Shown piece after piece: positions 50,161 to 59,562 of a DNA stretch of 64,000 nucleotides. This DNA comes from Vulcanimicrobiota bacterium (lineage in GTDB: Bacteria; Vulcanimicrobiota; Vulcanimicrobiia; Vulcanimicrobiales; Vulcanimicrobiaceae). Every line of letters begins with the position of its first letter. Position 1 is the stretch's first letter. Below the pieces are notes generated by a model. It worked only from the letters and a program-made list of their open reading frames with translations. It did no database searches and had not been told where the DNA came from. Location of the stretch: NCBI GenBank assembly GCA_963723515.1, contig CAVRQT010000003.1:640001-704000 (forward strand), in the 5' to 3' direction. The translations under genes and the position numbers were made by a program.

Positions 50161-51096
50161 CTACTCTTTAGGCGCAGCGAACGCCGCTGCGCCCTCGTCC
50201 CATCGCCAGAGGGAGTCGTTCGTGAGATGCACGCCGCCGATCCAACGGTCGCAGACGCGCAGCGCGAGCCAATCTTCCACTCCCGCGAGCACCCGCCGGC
50301 CCAGCGGCGTCAGGCGGTAGCCGTTTTGAATTTCTTGCAGCAGCGGCGCAGCATGGTCGCATAAATCCTCGAAACGTTTGTAAAACGGCGCGTCTCCTAG
50401 GAACGCTGCTTCTTCACGAAGTTGTGCTAGGCGGAAGATATCGTCTTTGGCATGCGCACCTTCGGCGACAGCTTCGAGGATGTGACGCTGCGTGCGCGAG
50501 AGGCCGGATTGGGACGAAGGATATTCCTCAAATAAGCGCCTTAGCGCGCTAGAGAGGTGCCTCAATTGTGAGGGCGTGCCGGCTTGAATTTGAAAAAGCC
50601 GCTCCGGCGTGGCGCTGCGATATGCTTCCCAAACGTCTGAGGCACCGTGCAATGTCTGCTGGGAGACCGGGCGGCGGCTGTTTTGTAAGGCAAGCAGTTC
50701 CGGCGCGGCGAGCAATCCTAAAAAATCATCGGTTTGAATCAGTTGTAATTTTCCGAGCGGCAAGGATTGACCGGCGAGGTAATCGAGGATTTGCAACAAC
50801 TGCAGTTGGTCGTAGAGGTCATGCTCAAACCACAGAACGATCTCATCGAATTCCATGCAGCGCGCAATCGTTGCGTCGCGCTTTTCAAAATCGTGACCCA
50901 ATTTGATTGGGTTTCCATATCCGGCGACGCCGAGATATTGCGCGCGCAGCGCGCTCAGTTCGGGAAGCGCTAAGCCTGCTGGAACCGGACCATCGTGCAG
51001 CGCGTCACGCCATGGCAGCTGCGTGCCGACGAGGCCGCCTTTGCGCCAGGTATAGACGACCGAATCGCCGTTGGTGACATGAAGTTTCGCGGCCAA
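50161..51096 (-). CDS. DUF1835 domain protein
   Basis: LHVTNGDS, WRDALHDGPV, IVLWFEHDLYDQLQL, GLSRTQ. Confidence 0.8.
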   Translation of the reverse strand: MAAKLHVTNGDSVVYTWRKGGLVGTQLPWRDALHDGPVPAGLALPELSALRAQYLGVAGYGNPIKLGHDFEKRDATIARCMEFDEIVLWFEHDLYDQLQLLQILDYLAGQSLPLGKLQLIQTDDFLGLLAAPELLALQNSRRPVSQQTLHGASDVWEAYRSATPERLFQIQAGTPSQLRHLSSALRRLFEEYPSSQSGLSRTQRHILEAVAEGAHAKDDIFRLAQLREEAAFLGDAPFYKRFEDLCDHAAPLLQEIQNGYRLTPLGRRVLAGVEDWLALRVCDRWIGGVHLTNDSLWRWDEGAAAFAAPKE

Positions 51097-51097
51097 T

Positions 51098-52374
51098 CTA
51101 TGGGTAGAGCCCACGCTCCGCGGTTGCTTCCGCCACGCGGCTGACGGCGACCGCATACGCGCCCCGTCGCATGTCAACGCCGTAACGCCGCGCTTGGTCC
51201 GCGGTTTCCGCGAAGGCGCGCGTCATCTTCTGCTTGAGCCGCTTGTTGATCTCGTCTTCTTCCCAGAAATTGTTTTGCAGATCTTGCACCCACTCGAAGT
51301 ACGAAACCGTCACGCCGCCTGCATTCGCGAGAATGTCTGGCAAGACCATGATGCCGCGCTCGTAGAGGATGTTGTCCGCTTCGGGCAGCGTTGGACCGTT
51401 TGCGGCTTCCGCAACGAGCTTGGCTTTGATCGAGCGCGCATTATCTTCGGTGATAACTTTCTCCAAAGCCGCCGGCACGAGAACATCGCAGTCGCACTCG
51501 AGCAAGTCCCGATTTGGAATCGGCTCGCCGCTTTCGAAGCCGACGACCGAGCCGGTCGCCTCCTTGTGCGCGATCAACTCGGGGATGTTGATTCCGCGCG
51601 CGCGGTAAACGCCGCCGCGCGAGTCAGAAACCGCAACAATCGTGTAGCCGCGTTGGGCCATCAGCTCGCCCGCATGCAGGCCGGCGTTTCCGAAGCCTTG
51701 GATCGCGACGCGTGCGCCTTGGATTTGCATGCCGAGCGCGTTCATCGCTTCATCGACGACATACAGACAGCCGCGCGCGGTCGCTCGGTCGCGTCCCAGC
51801 GACCCACCGATCGAAATCGGCTTTCCCGTCACAACGCCCGGAATCGAATAGCCGTGCTGCATCGAGTACGTATCCATGATCCAGGCCATGATCTGTGGCG
51901 TCGTGTAAACATCAGGAGCCGGAATATCTTTCTCGGGCCCGATGATAATCGATATTTCGGTTGTGAAGCGCCGCGTCAAATTCTCAAGTTCTTGAAGCGA
52001 CATTGCTTTGGATCGCAGATAACGCCGCCTTTTGCGCCGCCGAATGGAATATTGACCAGCGCACACTTCCACGTCATCCACATCGCAAGCGCTTTGACTT
52101 CATCGAGCGTCACGTCGGGATGAAAGCGAATGCCGCCCTTCGATGGTCCGCGAGACATGTTGTGCTGCACGCGATAGCCGGTGAAGACTTTGAACGCTCC
52201 ATCATCCATCCGTACCGGCACGGAAACTTCCAAGACGCGCTTGGGATAGCGCAGGTACTCGTGCACTGAGGCGTCCAGGCCGGTCAAAGCCGCGACCTCG
52301 TCGAGCTGGTGTTGGGCCATCTGCCAAACGTTGTCGGTGCTGGGTGCCGCAGAGCGGTCGATCGTTAATGTCAT
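51098..52374 (-). CDS. gdhA: Glu/Leu/Phe/Val dehydrogenase (frameshift near 52007)
   Basis: GPSKGGIRFHP, PFGGAKGG, then DIPAPDV, VTGKP..GGSLGR, QGFGNAG, NAGGVTVSYFEW. Confidence 0.93.
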
Positions 52375-52490
52375 TCCGTAACCCCGTTCTTTAAGAAATG
52401 CGGTTTTGAACCCCGTTGCGCCGTTCCTACAGCGTTGTTTTACGCCGCCGGGGGCACGCAAGGGGCGGGTGCCGTAAATCTGATGCACCC

Positions 52491-52952
52491 ATGAGTTCAG
52501 AGCGTTTGCAGATGTTCGTCAGAGAGGCTGTTCCAAAGGATTGCAGTGCAATCGTCTCCCTGGCCAAGCAGCTTGGTTACGAAGTCGCTGTTGAAAGGAT
52601 CGAGCAAACACTGCTCGAGCGAGCAGCAGATAACGACGTCTTCGTCGCGGTGATTTCCGATGCGGGCGTCATCGGCTGGATTCAAGTCACCGTTCGCAAT
52701 GCATTGCTTGGCGCGGATGTCGCCGAGATTGAAGGCCTGGTCGTTGAAGAGCGATATCGCTCGCGCGGCGTCGGTCCGCTGCTCCTGCAGCGAGCACGCG
52801 AGTGGGCCGCTTTAAATGGATGCGCGGTGCTTCGTGTGCGTTCGAACGTGATGCGTGACCGCGCGCACGGATTTTACAATCGCCTCGGCTTCAGGCGCAT
52901 TAAAACACAACACGTCTTTGAAGAACGGTTGTCAAAAGGACAAGTTTCTTAG
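52491..52952 (+). CDS. GNAT family N-acetyltransferase
   Basis: LVVEERYRSRGVG motif A, AHGFYNRLGF motif B. Confidence 0.9.
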   Translation: MSSERLQMFVREAVPKDCSAIVSLAKQLGYEVAVERIEQTLLERAADNDVFVAVISDAGVIGWIQVTVRNALLGADVAEIEGLVVEERYRSRGVGPLLLQRAREWAALNGCAVLRVRSNVMRDRAHGFYNRLGFRRIKTQHVFEERLSKGQVS

Positions 52953-52955
52953 GCA

Positions 52956-53027
52956 CTGGGGCGGCTGGATTCGAACCAACGCATGCCAGATTCAAAGTCT
53001 GGTGCCTTACCGCTTGGCTACGCCCCA
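52956..53027 (-). tRNA. tRNA-Gln (anticodon TTG)
   Basis: Reverse complement TGGGGCGTAGCCAAGCGGTAAGGCACCAGACTTTGAATCTGGC..GGTTCGAATCC..GCCCCAG; no encoded CCA. Confidence 0.96.
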
Positions 53028-53134
53028 GCCGGCAATCGCGTCAGGCGTTTTGAAAAGGCGTCGGCGGGCGCCTGACGCCTGGCGCTCCGGTTGATTCTAT
53101 CACGATGGAATAGAACCAACCTGCGCCGTTTACG

Positions 53135-53792
53135 CTACCCTTTATGCGCGACGCGTTTTGCGCCGAGGTATCGCGCCGCCCAATAGCTTTCGCCCAGGCT
53201 GCTGACCATGACCCCGCGGCTTGAACTGGCATGGACGAAGCGTCCGCCGCCGAGATAGATCCCGACGTGTGATGGCCCCGCTTCGTAGGTTTGGAAGAAG
53301 ACGAGATCTCCGATGAGCGGTTGACCGCTCACGCGCCGTCCCGCGTAGAATTGCGCGTCGGCAGTCCGAGGCAGGTAGATTCCGGCCATTGCGAAGACGT
53401 GCTGCACGTAACCGGAGCAATCAAACCCATAGCCGGAGGTGCCGCCGAAAACGTACGGCGTACCGATAAATCGTAATGCGTCGCGGGTGAGTGCGCGGGC
53501 GATGGTCGACGCACGGCGCACGACCCGAACGGCAAGGCGCGTGAGGGTGCGCGGCGCCGATGCGGCCGCGGCGGTAGCATGCTCGTACGCCGGTTGGGTC
53601 TCAACGATGGCAGGCAGCGCTTCAGCGCTGGTGGCGGAGGCCGCAATGTCCGAATTGTCCGAGGCCGACACGCTATCCCGAATGGAATTTGCGACCGGTG
53701 GAACGCGGTGCGTGCCTTCATCGGCGAGCGCAAAGCCGGCGGTAGTGAGACAGTAAAACCAAAAATAGCCCGGCTGCGAATAGAATACGCAA
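53135..53792 (-). CDS. Secreted NlpC/P60 (C40) cell-wall peptidase (one extra base in T-run near 53760)
   Basis: GTPYVFGG..GFDCSGYV, GDLVFF, SHVGIY..FVHAS; GAGGAG SD then TTG and a signal peptide in the adjacent frame. Confidence 0.9.
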
Positions 53793-53811
53793 AAGAAGCT
53801 CCTCTTCCAAA

Positions 53812-53935
53812 CTACTTGCGGGGTTAGTTGACGGGTTCGGACGAGAAAGACTTGCCCTAGGGCCGACCGGCCCACTCACCCCTACCGGAGGAGTTCCCCC
53901 GCTCCACGTGCCCTAGGCACGCGGATTCAGTGACT
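53812..53935 (-). ncRNA. Cyclic di-AMP (ydaO/yuaA) riboswitch
   Basis: CTGAATCC..GGGGGAAC..GGGGTGA..TAGGGC..CCGAACCCGTCAACTAACCCCG consensus blocks upstream of a C40 peptidase. Confidence 0.9.
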
Positions 53936-54006
53936 AGCTAAGCCGCCCGGGTTTACCGCGCAGGCGGCATCTCCTTCCCTTCGCTGGCATACGATGTGCG
54001 ATTTTC

Positions 54007-55372
54007 TTATACCGGTCGAACGCGAGTCGAGGCCCGCGCGATTTTCGTCGCTAGCTCGTTAGCCAACGCGATCGATCTGTGCTTTATCTTTGCCTTCGAC
54101 CATGATGCGAATCAGCGGCTCGGTTCCCGACGGCCTCACCAGGATGCGACCGGTGGCTCCAAGCTGCTGCTCCGCGACGCCGATCGCCTCACGTACATCG
54201 GCATCGTCAAGCGCCTCCCTGTTTGACGCCCGTACATTGACGAGGATCTGGGGATACGAACGCATGTTCGCGGCGGCTTCATGCAGCGTCGAGTTGCTGG
54301 CGGTCAGCAAACTGAGCAGCGTGACGGTCGTCATCGGCCCATCGCCCGTCGTGTTGCGGCGCAAATCGATGATGTGACCCGATTGCTCGCCGCCCAGAAC
54401 GTAGGCTCCGGCCCGCATCGCCTCGAGGACGTAGCGATCCCCGACCGGCGCCCGCAAGAGCGTGATCGCGCTGCCTTGAGCGCCTCCTCGAGCCCTAAGT
54501 TGCTCATGACCGTGCCGACAACCGAATCACCCGTTAATTCACCGTTGTGATGCAACGCTTGCGCCAAAATCAAAAGGACGTGGTCGCCGTTCAGCAGAGT
54601 GCCGCGCTCGTCGACGAACTGCGCGCGATCGGCATCTCCATCGTAGGCGACGCCGATGACGTGCTCTTCGCCGCGGTCGATCAGTTCGCGTACGCGCTGC
54701 GCGAGCGGTTGCAAATCGGTCGCTCCGCAAGCGACGTTGATGCGTGCTCCATCGGCATCACAATTCAGCTCGTGGACCGTCGCGCCGAGTTTGCGCAACA
54801 CGTAGGGTGCGATTGCATATGCCGCGCCAAACGCGGCATCGACGACGACCGTCAAGCCGCTCAAATCTCCTGCGTGCTCGTACAAGGCGTCGTAATAATG
54901 CGCGCCGAGATTGAGCGCGATACGCGCAACGCCGACATCGGTACCGGTCGGCCGCGCGGCACCCTCATCGCGATCGAGCGCATCTTCGATCACCTGCTCC
55001 ATCTCATCCGATAGCTTGAAGCCGTCGGCGCTGAAAAACTTGATCCCGTTATCGGCGATCGGATTGTGGGAGGCGCTGATCATGCAGCCGGCTGCTCCGC
55101 CGGTCCGCCGCGTGACGATCGCGACGGCCGCCGTCGGGCAAAATTCCCACAGAAACCACATCGCGTCCGGCTGACGTGATGCCTGCGACGAGAGCCGCCT
55201 CCAGCATCGTACCGGAAATCCGCGTATCGCGTCCGACGACGAACGGCGCTTTGGCACCCGCATTTGGAACGAGAATTCGGGCCGCCGCTCGCCCCAGCCG
55301 AAAGGCAAGCTCGGGACTGAGTTGCGTGTTTGCAATTCCCCGTACGCCGTCGGTGCCGAAGAGGCGGCTCAT
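54007..55372 (-). CDS. glmM: Phosphoglucosamine mutase (three apparent frameshifts near 55143, 54470 and 54065)
   Basis: [56 protein letters not shown]. Confidence 0.93.
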
Positions 55373-56025
55373 CGCTCAGCTGGTGTGAAGTGTGCGCGCA
55401 CTCGCACTAAGTTTGGCGAGACTTGCACGCCGCTCACTTCCGTGCCGAGCGAATCGACGGCGATCGGCCGTACCATTGCATCGAACAGTCCGGCGGCGTT
55501 CGGCAATGGAACGTCGGCGCGAATCGCGGCAACGCGCGAGACTTCATCCGATGCTCCCCTAGCAACGGCTTGAACCGGCAAAATCTTGGCATCGCTTGCG
55601 ACGACCGCGTGTCGCGTGCCCGAGTAGTAAATAGCGACGGGGAACGTCTTCTGCGCCATCCGTTCTATTGCGAGCGTGACCGATGCGGGACTCAAGGAAC
55701 CAATGACGACGCTCGGCGCGACGAGGCGGATCGGGACGTTGTACACGCCGGCGCCTAAACCGTTCAAATCGAGCACCGCTTTAACGTCGTCGGGGCGAAC
55801 CGCGCTTCCGCCGCGCTTGGGCGGCGCGACCGTTACGACGGCCTGCTTTTCAGTGAAACTCGCGATGTACCCTAATCCCAAATGCGTCGTCGTGATTGGT
55901 ATGCTCAATTGCTCCGAGCGGGCTGCGATGACGGGGCTATTTGCAAACCGAAAGTATGCCCAGCCGGCCAGCGCCAGCACCAGCGACACCGCCTTAAGCA
56001 AGAAGTTGTTTTTAAAGATCTGCAA
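55369..56025 (-). CDS. cdaR: CdaR/YbbR-like regulator
   Basis: N-terminal TM ([16 protein letters not shown]) and YbbR repeats; lies between cdaA and glmM. Confidence 0.85.
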   Translation of the reverse strand: MQIFKNNFLLKAVSLVLALAGWAYFRFANSPVIAARSEQLSIPITTTHLGLGYIASFTEKQAVVTVAPPKRGGSAVRPDDVKAVLDLNGLGAGVYNVPIRLVAPSVVIGSLSPASVTLAIERMAQKTFPVAIYYSGTRHAVVASDAKILPVQAVARGASDEVSRVAAIRADVPLPNAAGLFDAMVRPIAVDSLGTEVSGVQVSPNLVRVRAHFTPAER

Positions 56026-56878
56026 CGCGCTGTTTTTCCGCCGGACGGCGTGCAAAGATCGCGCGGATTTGCGCAATGACGTCTTCGCGTACTTTGGTGC
56101 GCGGGGCGCGAATGCAGGCTAAGAGCAGACGGTCAAGGCGCGCTTCATCGCCGATGTCGCGGGAAAGGCGGCCTTCACGCGCAACGGCAACGTGTCCGGT
56201 CTCCTCCGAAATCACGATCACGACGGCATCGGCTTGTTCGGTCAAACCGAGGGCCGCGCGGTGACGTGTACCGAGACGAGGCTCAGCCAGCGATTGCTCC
56301 GCCAGCGGCAAGAAGCAGCCGGCGGCAACGATCGTTTGATCGCGTATCAGGACTGCGCCATCGTGCAACGGCGATCTCGGTGCAAACAGCGCGAGCAGAA
56401 GCTCTCCCGACAGTTCACCGCCGATCGCCGTCCCGCTCTCGATGATATCTTGCAGTCCGCTGGATTGTTCGATGACAATCAATGCACCGTAGCGGTTACG
56501 CGCCAACACGAAGGCGGTCTTTGAAATCGTGGCAATGACGCGATTTTCTCCGCGCAGCGTGCGGCTCTCGGAGCGATCGAACCGGAAGAGTCCGCCACGA
56601 CCGAGGCGCTCGAGTAGCCGGCGCAGCTCGGGCTGAAAGACGATCGGCAAGCTGACGGCCGCCCCGAGCACGATTAATTGCAGAATCGTGCCGAGCAACA
56701 AGAGGTGCGCCATATTCGCGAGCCCGAGCAGCAGCACCAGGAAGAGAACGCCGCCGAGGATTTGCACGGCGCGCGTGCCGCGAATCAACAGCAACACGTA
56801 ATAGATCAAAATGCTCGTCGCAACGATGTCGATAATATCGTTAATGCCGATGTACTGGCCGATTTCAGTGATCGGCAT
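56012..56878 (-). CDS. cdaA: Diadenylate cyclase CdaA
   Basis: Three TMs, IVFQPELRR, SPLHDGA, LGTRHRAALG, ISEETG. Confidence 0.96.
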   Translation of the reverse strand: MPITEIGQYIGINDIIDIVATSILIYYVLLLIRGTRAVQILGGVLFLVLLLGLANMAHLLLLGTILQLIVLGAAVSLPIVFQPELRRLLERLGRGGLFRFDRSESRTLRGENRVIATISKTAFVLARNRYGALIVIEQSSGLQDIIESGTAIGGELSGELLLALFAPRSPLHDGAVLIRDQTIVAAGCFLPLAEQSLAEPRLGTRHRAALGLTEQADAVVIVISEETGHVAVAREGRLSRDIGDEARLDRLLLACIRAPRTKVREDVIAQIRAIFARRPAEKQRVADL

Positions 56879-57413
56879 CGCCGAGCAAGGCCTCCAGGAC
56901 GCGCGATTCGTTCAATTCAGGCTCTTGTAAGCCGTCGGCGGCAATCTGCGCCTCGCTCTCCGAGGTGATCGGCGAGAGCAGGGCGGTGCGGTGTACCGTC
57001 GACCCGTAGCGGCCCAATTCCACGTCAATGAGCGCACGCACGAGCCGCCACGATGTCTGTGCCGGCAAAAATTCGATGACCAAATCGCGCTCGATTACTT
57101 CCGCCGACAAGACGCCTTTCGGCGCTCCATTGCCGGTCAGCGCCGGAACGAGAGAGCGCAAACCTTCCGGTACCTCCGGCTCGATCGAGAGCGCGAGGAT
57201 TGGCTCGGCAAAACGCCTTGTGTTTCCGTATGCGGAAAGGAATTCGTCGGCAGCGTCATCGCGCACCGCGGTCAGCAGTGCATACGAACGTGCGAAGCGT
57301 TCGCTGCGCCGAAGCTGCAATTCCCAGCCGGCGTCGCGCGCATCCGCTGCTAGCGAGGATGCGTCGGTTGGGGAAAGCATGCGATCGAATCGCAGCGAGA
57401 GATAGGTTTTCAT
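56865..57413 (-). CDS. Hypothetical protein leading the cdaA operon
   Basis: GGAGG SD before MKTYLSLRF; overlaps the cdaA start. Confidence 0.7.
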   Translation of the reverse strand: MKTYLSLRFDRMLSPTDASSLAADARDAGWELQLRRSERFARSYALLTAVRDDAADEFLSAYGNTRRFAEPILALSIEPEVPEGLRSLVPALTGNGAPKGVLSAEVIERDLVIEFLPAQTSWRLVRALIDVELGRYGSTVHRTALLSPITSESEAQIAADGLQEPELNESRVLEALLGDADH

Positions 57414-57493
57414 CGCCTCCTGCATCGTTAGCCGCTTGCATGGGGCTTTCATCCGGGCACACCGTCGAACCGGTAGACCCCGCCTTACCCATA

Positions 57494-57502
57494 TGGTACA
57501 AT
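57494..57502 (+). promoter_or_regulatory. Extended -10 element (TGgTACAAT) for leaderless rpsT
   Basis: Ends 7 nt before the GTG at 57510; no SD. Confidence 0.6.
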
Positions 57503-57509
57503 GCGCCCC

Positions 57510-57846
57510 GTGCCAAATATCAAAGCCGCCATCAAATCGGTCCGCCAGACGGAAAAGCGACGGCAACGCAACCTCAGCGCGAAGACGCGCTTGAAGACGC
57601 TTCACAAGAAGGCGCTGCAAGTACGCCGACGCAGCGTTTAGCCGCACCGTCGAATCGGAGTTCGACAAAGCCGCCGCAAAAGGCGTGATTCATCCGAACA
57701 AAGCGGCACGACGCAAAGCGCGTCTGGCGAAGGCCCTGCGTACGATCGCCGCGGCCCCTGCGCACAAAGAAACGAAGCGCGCCGGCCGCAAGAAGACGGC
57801 GACGCGCAAGTCCACACCGCGCGCGGCCGCTAAGAAACGAAGCTAA
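57510..57846 (+). CDS. rpsT: 30S ribosomal protein S20 with basic C-terminal extension (frameshift near 57620)
   Basis: MPNIKAAIKSVRQTEKRRQRN..KTRLKT, then FDKAAAKGVIHPNKAARRKARL; not in the ORF track. Confidence 0.93.
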
Positions 57847-59501
57847 GCGACTAAGACGTAATCGCCCGGCGCGGCCTCTTGCGGCGGGTGCTCGGCTGAA
57901 CCAAGTTTAGGAGCCGAAACCTTAGCGCCGCTGCGCTCCCTGAGCCACGCGAACCAATCGGGCCACCACGATCCTTCATGCTTAGTCGCCGATGCAAGCC
58001 ATGCGTCGGGATCGGGCGGACAATCGGAAGCTCCCCACCACGAGCCCTTGCCTTTCCGCGGCGGATTGATGATGCCGGCGATATGGCCCGAAGCACCTAG
58101 CCGAAAGGCCGGCTGCCCGGCAACCAGCTGCGTGAGCTTATACACGGACTTCCACGGCGCGATGTGATCTTCGATCGTCGCCACACAGTAGACGTCGTTT
58201 TCGATTTCGCGCAAGTCGAGCGGCGTGCCGTCGATTTCGAGCGCGTTAGCGTGCACCAGGTTGTTCTCCATATACATGTTGCGCAAGTAGTACGAGTGCA
58301 TCGCGGCCGGCATGCGAGTCGAGTCGCTGTTCCAGTAAAGCAAGTCGAAGGCCGGCGCTTCTTTGCCGAGCAGATAGCGATTGACCGCAACGGACCAAAT
58401 CAAATCGTTGCTGCGCAGCATGTTGAAACTGTCGCTCATCTCTCGCGCATCGAGGTAGCCGCGTTCATCCATCTTCTTCTCGATATGTGCGAGCGCGTCT
58501 TCACCGAGAAACGCCTCAATCTCGCCCGCGTCCTCAAAATCGATCAACGAAGCAAGGAATGTCGCAGTGCCGATCGTGCGCTCACCGCGTTTCGCGAGAT
58601 AGGCTAGGAGCATTGCCAAGAGTGTCCCGCCGATACAGTAGCCGACGGCATTGCACAGGTCGGCGCCGGCGATCTGGGCGCTGATGCGAGCGCATTCGAG
58701 CGGCCCGCGCACGAGATAGTCCCGCATCGTCAGGTCGCGCATCGACGCATCCGGATTACGCCAAGAGATGACAAACGTCGTAAATCCTTGATCGACGAGC
58801 GCTTTGATCAAACTATTCTCGGGTTGCAAATCGAGGACGTAGTATTTGTTGATCCACGGCGGCACGATGATGACCGGCGTTTGATGGACCTTCTTCGTTG
58901 AGGGTGCGTATTGGATCAGCTCGCAGAGATCGTTGCGATGCACGACACGGCCGGGCGTCACAGCGACATTCTTACCGACGCGGAACGCCTTCTTGTTGAC
59001 GAGGGCCGGACGGCCGGCGTTCTCGCGGATGTCTTCGATCAGGTTTTCCATTCCTTTGGCCAGGTTTTGACCGCCGGTTCGGAGCGTCTCCTCAATGACG
59101 AGGGGGTTGAAAAATGCGAAGTTGCTCGGGCTCATCGCATCGGCGAACTGCTTGGCAAAGAACTTCGCACGCCGGATCGATTTCGGATCGGCGCCCGGCG
59201 TATTTTCGATGCTTGCCAGCACGGCGTCGGTCGCGAGCAAGTAGGCATCTTTGAGCGCGCGCAGTCCCGGATTCTCTTCCCATGCCGGATGCGCGAAGCG
59301 TTTATCGGCCGGCTTTCTTTCCGCAACAGCTTCATCTTGCGCCTCGGCGGTGCCGCTTAGCATGTTGAGCCAGCCGCGCGCAAGTTGCTGCTGCGAACGA
59401 AAGAGATGTTCGGGATCGGAAAGCATCGCTTGCCAGACAGCAGCCCCGGCCTGTCCGATTCCTAGCGGATCGAAGAGATTCGTAAAGGTTTCTTTGGTCA
59501 T
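57843..59501 (-). CDS. phaC: Class I/II polyhydroxyalkanoate synthase
   Basis: DKRF..W, VPPWINKYYVLDL, GYCIGG lipase box, LYWNSD, DHIAPW, SGHIAG, SWWPDW. Confidence 0.95.
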   Translation of the reverse strand: MTKETFTNLFDPLGIGQAGAAVWQAMLSDPEHLFRSQQQLARGWLNMLSGTAEAQDEAVAERKPADKRFAHPAWEENPGLRALKDAYLLATDAVLASIENTPGADPKSIRRAKFFAKQFADAMSPSNFAFFNPLVIEETLRTGGQNLAKGMENLIEDIRENAGRPALVNKKAFRVGKNVAVTPGRVVHRNDLCELIQYAPSTKKVHQTPVIIVPPWINKYYVLDLQPENSLIKALVDQGFTTFVISWRNPDASMRDLTMRDYLVRGPLECARISAQIAGADLCNAVGYCIGGTLLAMLLAYLAKRGERTIGTATFLASLIDFEDAGEIEAFLGEDALAHIEKKMDERGYLDAREMSDSFNMLRSNDLIWSVAVNRYLLGKEAPAFDLLYWNSDSTRMPAAMHSYYLRNMYMENNLVHANALEIDGTPLDLREIENDVYCVATIEDHIAPWKSVYKLTQLVAGQPAFRLGASGHIAGIINPPRKGKGSWWGASDCPPDPDAWLASATKHEGSWWPDWFAWLRERSGAKVSAPKLGSAEHPPQEAAPGDYVLVA

Positions 59502-59562
59502 CGTTTACCGCATGCGGCGCACCCCCAATTAGGGCGCGGCCAGTATCGTACCTTCCATCGGT

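Noticed and set aside
51194..52123. 309-aa ORF antisense to gdhA
   Set aside because: Typical antisense open frame of a high-GC gene, with no independent motif
54007..55372. glmM, valS and rpsT as true pseudogenes
   Set aside because: Essential functions with intact motifs and no other decay; assembly indels are more parsimonious
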